A stretch of DNA of 64,000 nucleotides from the NCBI GenBank assembly GCA_002269645.1, contig NIVC01000105.1, positions 845,992-909,991 of the forward strand, written 5' to 3'. The DNA comes from Macrostomum lignano (Eukaryota). Under the pieces are notes generated by a model. It saw only the letters and a program-made list of their open reading frames with translations, was not told where the DNA came from and searched no databases. Shown piece by piece: positions 1 to 10,702 of the stretch (position 1 is the stretch's first letter; the number at the start of each line of letters is the position of its first letter). The position numbers were made by a program, and so were the translations under genes.

Positions 1-1082
1 GCCCTTTAATCCACTCTATGAGAATCACCCTTTAATCCACTCTATGAGAATCGCCCTTTAATCCACTCTATGAGAATCGCCCTTTAATCCACTCTATGAG
101 AATCGCCCTTTAATCCACTCTCTTTGAGAATCTCACTTTAATCCACTCTATGATAATCGCCCTTTAATCCACTCTATGAGAATCGCCCTTTAATCCACTC
201 TATGAGAATCGCCCTTTAATCCACTCTCTTTGAGAATCTCACTTTAATCCACTCTATGATAATCACCCTTTAATCCACTCTCTCTGAGAATCTCACTTTA
301 ATCCACTCTATGATAATCACCCTTTAATCCACTCTATGAGAATCGTCCTTTAATCCACTTTATGAGAATCGCCCTTGAATCCACTCTATGAGAATCGCCC
401 TTTAATCCACTCTATGAGAATCGCCCTTTAATCCACTCTATGAGAATCGCCCTTTAATCCACTCTCTTTGAGAATCTCACTTTAATCCACTCTATGATAA
501 TCACCCTTTAATCCACTCTCTCTGAGAATCTCACTTTAATCCACTCTATGATAATCACCCTTTAATCCACTCTATGAGAATCGCCCTTTAATCCACTCTC
601 TTTGAGAATCTCACTTTAATCCACTCTATGATAATCACCCTTTAATCCACTCTCTCTGAGAATCTCACTTTAATCCACTCTATGATAATCACCCTTTAAT
701 CCACTCTATGATAATCACCCTTTAATCCACTCTCTTTGAGAATCTCACTTTAATCCACTCTATGATAATCACCCTTTAATCCACTCTCTCTGAGAATCTC
801 ACTTTAATCCACTCTATGATAATCACCCTTTAATCCACTCTATGAGAATCGCCCTTTAATCCACTCTCTCTGAGAATCTCCCTTTAATCCACTCTCTTTG
901 AGAATCTCACTTTAATCCACTCTATGATAATCACCCTTTAATCCACTCTCTCTGAGAATCTCCCTTTAATCCACTCTCTTTGAGAATCTCACTTTAATCC
1001 ACTCTATGATAATCACCCTTTAATCCACTCTCTCTGAGAATCGCCCTTTAATCCACTCTATGAGAATCGCCCTTTAATCCAC
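1..1082. repeat. Minisatellite, ~26-bp unit (gccctttaatccactctatgagaatc, with 28-bp variants), in the intron preceding exon 1184
   Basis: Tandem periodicity read directly; the array runs off the window start. Confidence 0.95.
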
Positions 1083-1183
1083 CGTAAGGACTAGACGCCA
1101 CTTAATAATCCACCCTAAGAGTCCTCTTCAGTTTACTTTCTAACATTTGCTTCTCCTAATCTACACTAATCCCCATAAACCAG

Positions 1184-1380
1184 GTGCCCAGCGCAGGCGG
1201 CGGCATGCGAGAGATCCTGGTGTGCTCTCGCAAAGAAGGCGACAGCAACGTATTCAAACGCGTGGCCACTGTTGAGCGCTTCTACGATATTCTGAGCGCC
1301 TACCACATTCAAGACGGCATTCATTGCGGCATTAAGAAGACGCAGACTTCTCTGGGCGAGCAGTATCACAAAATACCCAG
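1184..1380 (+). CDS. Gene A internal exon (upstream exons lie outside the window): first half of an integrase-type H2C2 zinc-binding domain, NOL4-like
   Basis: Acceptor ccag at 1180-1183 with ctaat branch motifs upstream; donor gtttgt at 1381; translation RVATVERFYDILSAYHIQDGIHCGIKKT...IPR resembles the NOL4/integrase HHCC region. Confidence 0.85.
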
Positions 1381-1417
1381 GTTTGTGCTCGGGTGGGAGG
1401 GGCAGCGGAGACTCAAT

Positions 1418-1998
1418 GAGGGATCTGCAGGATGGGGAAATCAGTTAGGGATCTGCAGAATGGGGAAATCAGTTAGGGATCTGCAGGATGGGGAAATTAG
1501 TGAGGGATCTGCAGGATGGGGAAATCAGTGAGGGATCTGCAGGATGGGGAAATCAGTGAGGGATCTGCAGGATGGGGAAATCAGTGAGGGATCTGCAGGA
1601 TGGGGAGACTCAGTGAGGGCTCTGCAGGATGGGGAGACTCAGTGAGGGATCTGCAGGATGGGGAGATTCAGTGAGGGATCTGCAGGATGGGGAGACTCAG
1701 TGAGGGATCTGCAGGATGGGGAGATTCAGTGAGGGATCTGCAGGATGGGGAGACTCAGTGAGGGATCTGCAGGATGGGGAGACTCAGTGAGGGATCTGCA
1801 GGATGGGGAAATCAGTGAGGGATCTGCAGGATGGGGAAATCAGTGAGGGATCTGCAGGATGGGGAAATCAGTGAGGGATCTGCAGGATGGGGAAATCAGT
1901 GAGGGATCTGCAGGTTGGGGAGACTCAGTGAGGGATCTGCAGAATTGGGAAATCAGTGAGGGATCTGCAGGTTGGGGAGACTCAGTGAGGGATCTGGG
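1418..1998. repeat. Intronic minisatellite, 28-bp unit (gagggatctgcaggatggggaaatcagt)
   Basis: Tandem periodicity. Confidence 0.95.
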
Positions 1999-2064
1999 AC
2001 GAGACGGGGGCATCGAGCCATTCGAGCATTGACAGCCGCAGGACCTCCCAACAACTGTTGTCAG

Positions 2065-2252
2065 GTCGGTGATCGAGCTGTTCCTGAAGCTGTGCCCAGT
2101 ATGCGCCAAGCGCCTGCAGTCTTATCGCATCTTCACTAACAGTCTGAAAGAGGAAGGCCTATACAATAAGCACAGACAGAGCGCTCTGAAAGCTATCGAG
2201 CAAAGAGAACAGGCCTACCTAACTAGCATCTCTGAGGATGCTTGCATCGGCT
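2065..2252 (+). CDS. Gene A exon: completes the HHCC motif (SVIELFLKLCPVCAKR)
   Basis: tcag acceptor, gtgagt donor at 2253; phase 2 joins exon 1184-1380 in frame (AG+G = Arg). Confidence 0.85.
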
Positions 2253-2339
2253 GTGAGTTGCGTTTCATATTGTTCTCATGTGTTTAGTCAAAATCGAATT
2301 TATTCTTATACTATCGCCTAAAAATTCCTAGAAATTCGT

Positions 2340-3075
2340 TTAATAACTCCTAAAAAATCAGTTATCAGTTCCTAGAAAATAGCCTATCAATTCCTAGAAA
2401 AAGGCCTATCAATTCCTAGAAAATGGCCTATCAATTCATAGAAATCGCCTATCAATTCCTAGAAAATGGCCTATCAATTCATAGAAATCGCCTATCAATT
2501 CCTAGAAAATCGCCTATCAATTTCAAGAAAATCGCCCATCAATTCCTAGAAAATCGCTTTTCAATTCCTAGAAAATCGCCCATCAATTCCTAGAAATTCG
2601 TTTTTCAATTCCTAGAAAATCGTCGAAAAATTCCTAGAAAAAAGCCTATCAATTCTAAGAAAAAGTCCTATCAATTCTAAGAAAAAGTCCTATCAATTCC
2701 TAGAAAAAAGGCCTATCAATTCATAGAAATCGCCTATCAATTCCTAGAAAATCGCCTATCAATTCCTAGAAAATCGCCTATCAATTGCTAGAAAATCGCC
2801 CATCAATTCCTAGAAAATCGCTTTTCAATTCCTAGAAAATCGCCCATTAATTCCTAGAAAATCGCTTTTCAATTCCTAGAAAATCGCCCATCAATTCCTA
2901 GAAAATCGTTTTTCAATTCCTAGAAAATCGTTTTTCAATTCCTAGAAAATCGTCGAAAAATTCCTAGAAAAAAGCCTATCAATTCCTAGAAATCGCCTAT
3001 CAATTCCTAGAAATCGCCTATCAATTTCTAGAAATCGCTTTTCAATTCCTAGAAAATCGTCTTAAAATTCCTAGA
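2340..3075. repeat. Intronic minisatellite, ~22-bp unit (ctatcaattcctagaaaatcgc)
   Basis: Tandem periodicity. Confidence 0.95.
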
Positions 3076-3110
3076 GATTCGTTTAATAGCCCCTTCACCC
3101 CCTTACGCAG

Positions 3111-3529
3111 CCGACCCCATCAGCCAGGCCGGCTTATCCGACTTTCCCGTTCTCGGCGGCGCCTCAGTCCTGGCATCGGTCACCTCGGGCTCCGCGGGCA
3201 CCCCGACCAAGCCGACGCTGACCTGCCTCCCGCTCCCCACCGGTGTCCGAACTTCCTCTTCGGGTGCATCGGCGGCAGCAGCTGATTCTGCCGCTTCGGC
3301 GGCCGCCGTCGATACTCCTGCCTTGAGCATGGAGACTCTGAGAAATCTGTCCGTCACTCACCTGTACCCCACCGACGTGCTGCAGCAGCTGTGCGGTCCC
3401 CAGCACGAATTGGTGCTGAACCTGGAAGAGGATGTTTTAAAAACTTCTAATCCTACTGCCGTGTCCGCCACCCACTGGACTGTGTCTGGGGGCCAGATTG
3501 CCGTTAGCGTGTTTGGCTACAATCCTAAG
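3111..3529 (+). CDS. Gene A exon: Ser/Ala/Pro-rich linker, then start of a degenerate hAT RNase-H-like fold (AVSATHWTVS)
   Basis: gcag acceptor, gtgggc donor at 3530; phase 1 in and phase 0 out, consistent with neighbours; no stops. Confidence 0.8.
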
Positions 3530-3560
3530 GTGGGCCTTTGCTGACCTGCCACTGCCCATG

Positions 3561-3960
3561 CTACTTTGGTGACCTCCTTTGTCCCCTATGGTACTTTAGT
3601 GAGCTCATTTGTCCCCTATGGTACTTTAGTGAGCTCATTTGTCCCCTATGGTACTTTAGTGAGCTCATTTGTCCCCTATGGTACTTTAGTGACCTCCTTT
3701 GTCCCCTATGGTACTTTAGTGAGCTCATTTGTCCCCTATGGTACTTTAGTGACCTCCTTTGTCCCCTATGGTACTTTAGTGAGCTCATTTGTCCCCTATG
3801 GTACTTTAATAACCTCCTTTGTCCCCTATGGTACTTTAGTGACCTCCTTTGTCCCCTATGATACTTTAGTGACCTCATTTATCCCCTATGGTACTTTAGT
3901 GACCTCCTTTGTCCCCTATGGTACTTTGGTAACCTCCTTTGGCTTCCCTAATTTTTTAGG
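3561..3960. repeat. Intronic minisatellite, 30-bp unit (tttgtcccctatggtactttagtgacctcc), decaying to ~4100
   Basis: Tandem periodicity. Confidence 0.95.
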
Positions 3961-4164
3961 GACCTCGTTTGTCCCCCATGGTGACCTTTGTTTCCTATGG
4001 TAATTTTTTTGACCTCCTGTGACCCCCATGTTACATTGTTGACCTCCTGCACATATACCCTATGGTACATTGGTGACCCCCTGTGTCCCATGATACTTTA
4101 GTGACCTATCACAAGCCGTGGTTCTACAGCCACTCTTAATGAACCACCCGCTACTCCGCTCCAG

Positions 4165-5034
4165 ATTGACGGTGTCCTATACGTGGGCTCCTACCCGCTC
4201 ATAGCCGAGACTGACATCGTCAGCTTCCTTCGCCTCATCCCGGGCCTGGAGTCGGCCATGGGCATGCCCATGACGCTCAGCCTGACAGAGGAGGAACTTC
4301 AAGCGATGTCCTACGTGGAGTATCAGCAGGACAATATCCTAGTGGTGCCGTGTTTCGTGTCCGCCTTGAGCTTCTCAGTGAACCGATCTCTGAGAGAATA
4401 CGCCCCGTTTGTTGGCGAGAAGGTGCAGCAGTTCCTGCTCAGCGGGGTGCCGGAGCCTGAAAAAGCATTTCAGCCCGGCCTGACCCAGCAGTTCTGCAGA
4501 CTGTCTGTCTACATGGGCCAGATGAATGTCCACGGAGCTCTGAACACTCAAGAGCTGGTGATTGTGCATCACTACCTGCAGCTGGTGACCTCCTACACCC
4601 AGGAACTCACCCAGCTGGGCAGCTCGCATGACTTTCTACCTCTGGCCTCCACCATCTCTCTGTTGAAAGATCTGGAAAATCTGCTGGCCTCAAGTCCGTA
4701 CTCTGAGCAGCCTCTGTTCCGGTTGCTAACGGATACTCTGCTAGTGTCGCTGCGCGATATCTATTTAAAGAATCGGCGATTGAGAACACTGCTCAGCCTG
4801 TGCGCTGTGCTGCATCCGAAATTCAAGGACAGCGGCGAGAGGCACTACGATCAGGCTGAGGTTGACGAGCTTATTGAATACCTGTGCCAGCAGAATCATC
4901 TGGCATTCTGCGAGACTCGACAGGTGCTAATTGATGACCAGTGCATGACTGTGCTGGTCAAGCGGCCTGTTGCCGAGATCTATGCCAAAGTGAAGGAGCA
5001 GCTCAATAGAGCTTTGATTACCTATAGAGAGCAG
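4165..5034 (+). CDS. Gene A exon: degenerate hAT transposase core (PCFVSALSFSV; LCAVLHPKFK)
   Basis: ccag acceptor, gtttgt donor at 5035; 870 nt open, phase 0/0; LHPKFK matches the hAT LDPRFK motif. Confidence 0.85.
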
Positions 5035-5264
5035 GTTTGTAATGCTTATAGTGTTGGTGCTTTAGTGTTTTAATCAAGCTTGTCTTAGTGCATATCAGCA
5101 TGATCTCAGTGTAAAACATAACATCCATTCCCCTGCCTGCCATGTGTCTCTTTGTGAATCGCCTTTGAACTAATTTTTCAGTTTGCCTGACCTTGGCTCT
5201 TTTAGCATTTATTTGCTGGCTCTGAAATCCCCGAATAATCACCCAGAAGTCCATGAATAGCCCT

Positions 5265-5630
5265 GAAATACCCTAAAAAATAGCCTTGAATTACCCTAAA
5301 GAATCGTTCTGAAATACCCTAAGGAATCACCCTGAAATACCCTGAAGAATCGTCCTGAAATACCCTGAAGAATCGTCCTGAAATACCCTGAAGAATCGTC
5401 CTGAAATACCCTGAAGAATCGTCCTGAAATACCCTAAAGAATCGTTCTGAAATACCTTAAAGAATCGCCCCGAAATACCCTAAAGAATCGTTCTGAAATA
5501 CCCTAAAGAATCGCCCTGAAATACCCTAGAGAATCGTCCGGAAATACCCTAAAGAATCGCCCTAAAATACCCTAAAAAATCGCCCTGAAATACCCTAAAA
5601 TCGCCCTTAAAGGCCCTAAATAATTGCCCT
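5265..5630. repeat. Intronic minisatellite, ~23-bp unit (gaaataccctaaagaatcgccct)
   Basis: Tandem periodicity. Confidence 0.9.
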
Positions 5631-5692
5631 GAATTTAAACAGTCTTATTGTTTTAGATAAAAAAGCTATCTATACGTGTACAACTCATACAG

Positions 5693-5917
5693 GTCTGCTC
5701 CTGGCGCACATTCTGGGAGCACAAGAGCACCACCATTCCTCATCTGTGGCGATTTCTGCAACATCTGCTTGTGCTGCCTGTCACGGCCGCGCCGCCCAGT
5801 AAACTGTTGACTACCAAGTTTCAGCGGCGACTATCAGCTCTGCAGCCTGAGCAGTTGCACGCGCAGTTGAGATTGCATTTTAACTCCAAGCCGTACGGCG
5901 TACTACCGGCACAGTGA
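5693..5917 (+). CDS. Gene A terminal exon: hAT C-terminal dimerisation-like domain
   Basis: acag acceptor; VCSWRTFWEHKSTTIPHLWRFLQHLLVLPVTAAPPSKLLTTKFQRRLSALQPEQLHAQLRLHFN...TGA follows the FW-x6-P-x-L...P-x-T...RR-x-L-x-PE...LH-x-N pattern; absent from the supplied ORF track. Confidence 0.8.
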   Translation, partial: VCSWRTFWEHKSTTIPHLWRFLQHLLVLPVTAAPPSKLLTTKFQRRLSALQPEQLHAQLRLHFNSKPYGVLPAQ

Positions 5918-5977
5918 CAGCTGATACTGTTTGTTTCGGTCTAAGTTTGTGACATTTGTTGTACTTCATGTTCATTT

Positions 5978-6410
5978 TGGTGACCCCCCACTGACCCACG
6001 GTTCTTTAGTGACCTACCACTGACCCACGGTTCTTTGGTGACCTACCACTGACCTACGGTTCTTTAGTGACCTACCACTGACCCACGGTTCTTTGGTGAC
6101 CTACCACTGACTTACGGTTCTTTAGTGACCTACCACTGACTTACGGTTCTTTAGTGACCTACCACTGACCCACGGTTCTTTGGTGACCTACCACTGACTT
6201 ACGGTTCTTTAGTGACCTACCACTGACTTACGGTTCTTTAGTGACCTACCACTGACCTACGGTTCTTTAGTGACCTACCACTGACCCACGGTTCTTTGGT
6301 GACCTACCACTGACTTACGGTTCTTTAGTGACCTACCACTGACCTACGGTTCTTTGGTGACCTACCACTGACCTACGGTTCTTTAGTGACCTACCACTGA
6401 CCCACGGTTC
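5978..6410. repeat. Minisatellite, 29-bp unit (gtgacctaccactgacccacggttcttta), just 3' of the gene A stop
   Basis: Tandem periodicity. Confidence 0.95.
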
Positions 6411-6595
6411 TTCTTCTTCCTTAAGTCCACATCACGGTCCTTGAGTCACAAGCCATCGGTAAGAAGATATCCACGATTTCAATTTTCGTGTCCTATTTTT
6501 ACTACTATTAGTAAATTCAAAAGTTGATAAGGAGAGGCCTGCATTTTATATTTAACTGCGTTCCTGGAAGTTAACGTTTTTCTACTACTCAAAGT

Positions 6596-6601
6596 AATAA
6601 A
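6596..6601 (+). promoter_or_regulatory. Candidate polyadenylation signal of gene A
   Basis: AATAAA in AT-rich sequence ~680 nt after the stop; motif only. Confidence 0.3.
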
Positions 6602-7296
6602 TATTACTATAAAGCCATCTTTGTACTACTCGTATTGTGGCTGCTTTCATATTCTCAATCTAAATAAGTTTCAAAGTGTAAATATTGTTATTAATTTATA
6701 TTATTTATAGTTCTTCCTGTCTGCATTGTTGTTCGTGTGTCGGGTGTACATTTAAATGCTTCAACTGTTATTATTCCTAAATTGTGCTGGCATCTTAACT
6801 CTTCAACCCTGGCGGATGCGTTAGATACTACTCGTGAACAAGTCGGAATTATTTTTCTTTGAAAAGCGCATCTGAAAATTTCTTTCTAAATGCGTAAATG
6901 CAGTAATAATCTCTTAATTATGAAACTGTGTGCAATTTCTTCGGCTCATGCAATAAACTCAACAACCATCTTAGTTATTATAATGAAACTACAACCCACA
7001 AAGCCTGTGTACTGCTACTCTGAAGTAAGCTGCTGTATTGACTTGGAAATTTTTATCTGAAAATAAATTAACAAAACACCATTTGAATGCCTTGCTGTGC
7101 ATTTTGGCTCAGGGGGCGAGGCTGCTGTGCTTGGTTTAAAGAAATATTTCTGCTATCGGTTTGTTTTTCCGGCCTGTTAGTTTGGTTACACAATCAGGTA
7201 TTTCTTCAGGTGAAACAGGAGTAAAAATCAACCTGAAGATGCCTATTGGAGTTTAACAACGTGCCTTGGGTCCTGCTCATTGCCCCTTTCCGGCAC

Positions 7297-8037
7297 TTAG
7301 TTGCTGAACTTCACCCAGTCGTCGCTGGTCTCAATCGACTCCTCAACTGGGGTGTCGGTGAACTGCAGCAGGCGGCACAGCTTCAGCTTGCTGTTGTACA
7401 GCACGTGTCTGCAGCTGCCCGAACTCATGGCTTCAGTAATGCACTTGATTTCATTGTCCACCTGCATCAGGTCTTTGTAGCAGTACTCGGAACTGGGATT
7501 GTAGCTGGTTCGCTTGAACGGCGTCTTCTGCCAGGAGGCGCTCTTGACGGCGGCGGTTGATGTCGCGGTCAGACTGACTACCGATGAAACCCACTCGCAA
7601 GCGTATCCGAATTTTTGGGTGCAAGGGTTATTACCGAGCAGGCCGCTGGTTGCTCTAAACGCGCAGTCTTCAGAGGCCGGTCCGTTGGGCTCGGTTCCTT
7701 GCCACATCGACTCGTTCAGTGGCAGGATGCCGTTGCCGTTGATCAGCTGCCAGCCCGACCTGCTTGAGTCTCTCTCGTCAGCCATGTCAGTCACTCCAAG
7801 CCAGAAGTAGCAGCCGGTGCAGCTCAGACTGGGCATGCTGTTCAGCAGCTTCAGCGAGTTGTAGGAGTTGATCAGCTCGCCTCCGATGGCTGCACACTGC
7901 CTGTTGGCAGAGCACCAGCTATGAGTTTGCGTATTGTTAGCGAAGATGCACCTGCCCGCCTCGACGCTAAATGGAGCCGGGCAAGCCAGCACTAGAGCAT
8001 GCAGAGTGCTCAGCAGCAGAAGAGCCTGTTGCAGCAT
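7297..8037 (-). CDS. Secreted C-type lectin with C-terminal PAN/apple-like domain (paralogue 1), intronless, 246 aa
   Basis: ATG-to-stop ORF; hydrophobic signal peptide; CTLD cysteine pattern, FWLG and EPN motifs; C-terminal C-x12-C-x9-C-x11-C module. Confidence 0.9.
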   Translation of the reverse strand: MLQQALLLLSTLHALVLACPAPFSVEAGRCIFANNTQTHSWCSANRQCAAIGGELINSYNSLKLLNSMPSLSCTGCYFWLGVTDMADERDSSRSGWQLINGNGILPLNESMWQGTEPNGPASEDCAFRATSGLLGNNPCTQKFGYACEWVSSVVSLTATSTAAVKSASWQKTPFKRTSYNPSSEYCYKDLMQVDNEIKCITEAMSSGSCRHVLYNSKLKLCRLLQFTDTPVEESIETSDDWVKFSN

Positions 8038-8859
8038 TACGAGGCGTATTGAACAACTACAGCTGTCTTAACGGTGTTCGATGGCTCTTGGAATCTACAT
8101 ATAAGCGTTTTGAGTCTTGGTATTGTCCCAATTAAATGCGCTAGCGCTTCCTCCCCCTTCTCTCCACCTTGCCTCTTCTCCCCTTCTCTCCACCTTTGTT
8201 TCATCATCTTGGTTTTACCTATAGCACAAGCGTTGCTATGGTTACCGGGTGCCATACACTGTATATTACAGCGACAAGTATGTACGTAAATGCAATGCGA
8301 GTATCTATGCAACAAGTCTATGCTGTTTTTCGCGTCGCATTGGTTGGTTCGCTTAAACCTATGCTGATGATTCATTATTTACCAGAATAAGTAATTGCAG
8401 CTAGGGAGCTTCATTGTTTCAGACTCCGCGGGGTGTAGTCAGGAATTTTTGGAGCCCCGCTGCCACCCCCTCCCTCCCCTGCTCAGACTATAGAATCGTC
8501 TTTTAAGCAGATTGAAGGCAGGCAGCCCAATTAGATGCCATTTTTTTTCTTCAACTTTGATGAGTCCGTCTTGACAAGCAGGGATGTCAAACATGGCACG
8601 ATGCGCGGCTGCTCATTAAAACTCATCTCAGTTCCTTCTCCTCATCGAGATGCCTGGACGCTGTATATAATTTGCCTCTGAATAATAAAACTGCATCAAA
8701 CAGGAAATATGTAGCTCACAGTTTTGGCCCTTATCGCGTGTCACTCTCGCAGCCTAGCAACTGCACTTAAAAAACTCGGTGCTTTGCCTTGTTACTGAAA
8801 GTAGGTAGTTTAGAATTTATGCATCAGAACTCCCTGGGTTGCCGTCGTTCGACTTCTAC

Positions 8860-9480
8860 GAATCTGACGAAATTTATGCGAGCCAATGGAAAACTGCCCA
8901 ACGAACTCACCCAGCACATCTATATGACACAACTATTGGCAACCTGGAGCCTCTGCCCTCGATTCGTGTTCCTCTTCCACACGCGGCTTCACTTAGCAGG
9001 GAGGATACTTGACTCAGAATCTAGCAAGCATGCCATATACTACTTGTTCTGCCTTCTAATATCACGCGTCGACAAAACCAAGGTCTGTACCTTGTGTGGG
9101 TTGGCTCGGTGCGCTGGGTGCATGGACGGCCCTGTCTCGAGGTCCCCTGCCCATTTCCAATCTGCTGCTAGTCTGACTGCATCTGGTAGCATCTTGACTT
9201 CACATGGTCTGGTTTCTTGCAGTAGCTATCAGACAAATGTGTTTCAGCACTGACGGGTCACGTGAGTGGTCTCAAAACATCGACCACATTGGACAGTTCT
9301 TTGAGCTGGTGTTGCAGCCTGGGCAGGTTGGTGATTAGGGTTGGTGCTCACGATAGCGGACTCCAGTTGCCGGTCTAGCCTTCAGGACTTGCAGCTCCAC
9401 TCTCAGTTCTTTCAGCTTTTTGCGGAGTCTGACCGCCTCATCTTGCGTCGTGTTACTGGTGAACAACGCCAGCAATTTGA
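8860..9480 (-). mobile_element. Decayed LTR-retrotransposon (Ty3/gypsy-like) gag-protease remnant
   Basis: Minus-strand translation across stops/frameshifts gives CGRCFETTHVTRQC (CCHC knuckle, 9248-9288), a second knuckle remnant SYCKKPDHVKSRC, then GNGQG and CLLDSESSILP (eroded aspartic protease site, ~9000-9030). Confidence 0.65.
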
Positions 9481-10702
9481 CCCTACCCTGCGATTCAAGT
9501 TAGGGTTTGAGGTTAGGGTAAGGGTAAGGGTCTGCTGTGTGGCAGAGAAATTGTCGACAGTGAATTGTGCGCCGTAGACCCTAATTCTCAAGCATAGGAG
9601 AAAAATTCCCATAGGAAAATTCTAAAGCTAAATAGCTCGTAGAACCTTTGTTCATAGGGAATCCTACTCCAAGCGACATTTCAACGTCCGACCGCATACT
9701 CAAAGTCCGATGGACGTCGCTGGCAGCCATTTCGATAATGGATAACGACCTTTTACATGAGCCGACCGTCGATGTAATTTAAGACCCGATTTGCCAGCGA
9801 CTTTTAATAGACTTTGGAAACGTCAGCCGACCAGTGAGGTAGAGAGGAAATACCTGGCAATGGAAACCAAACGAAACCTCAGTTTTTCAATTCAGGGTTG
9901 GTTTCACATTTAAGGATAAACACTGAATGCTTTAGTTATTTGGGCTGCTTAATTTTTAGAGGATCTACGCTTTAAGCTCATTATATTTTGCTTGCTATAC
10001 GCTCGCTGCAGACCTCTAAAATATCATACCTGTAGAGTCGTGAGTCCCGTGGTTTAGTCTACTGGCTTATTCTGATCATTCGTTTGTCTTTGTGGCTACT
10101 GGTTTTAGCTGGTAGTTCAAACCAGGTTCTGGCTTTGGTTCGTCTTATTCTCTAATTAATCCTAAAATGATAGTTTAAAGAAAGGAGACAAGAATCCAAA
10201 GATGTATTAATTTGAGAGATGTAAAACAGGCTTGCAATAGGTTTACAAGTAGCTCGTATTATACCCTTAGGTTTTTTATTTGATAAGTTGGGCCATAGAC
10301 TAATTATTACCCAGCGCTTCAGGCCTAGGGAGGGCTCTTACGCAAACAGTATATTTTAAGTTCGACGTTTGTAAAATAAGTTTAGTCCAATTATCCAGTA
10401 CAAGTATTACACTTAGCTTGGGTTCCCACTGCTAAGGGCAATGACTACTCGTAGAAACTCCCAAAAACTCAGTCCATCCCCATCACAAATATTTCCCAAG
10501 CTTGAACCTAACTGGTAGTAGGTTAAACAACGTGACGCATGCGGTTTTATTAGGTGAAAAAACAGGATGTTAATTAACAGCTTCATTTTGGGCAGTTTTG
10601 TCTCTTACACTTTGACCTTCAGTCCGATTGATTAAACGCGAACCGTCCGAGCAGTTAAAAATACATGCATTCCCTTAGCATTAACTCGAAAGTTCGACTA
10701 GA

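Noticed and set aside
1184-5917. Gene A as an active autonomous hAT transposon
   Set aside because: All inferred DDE/CxxH catalytic positions are substituted, it has at least five introns, and no TIR is visible at the 3' side
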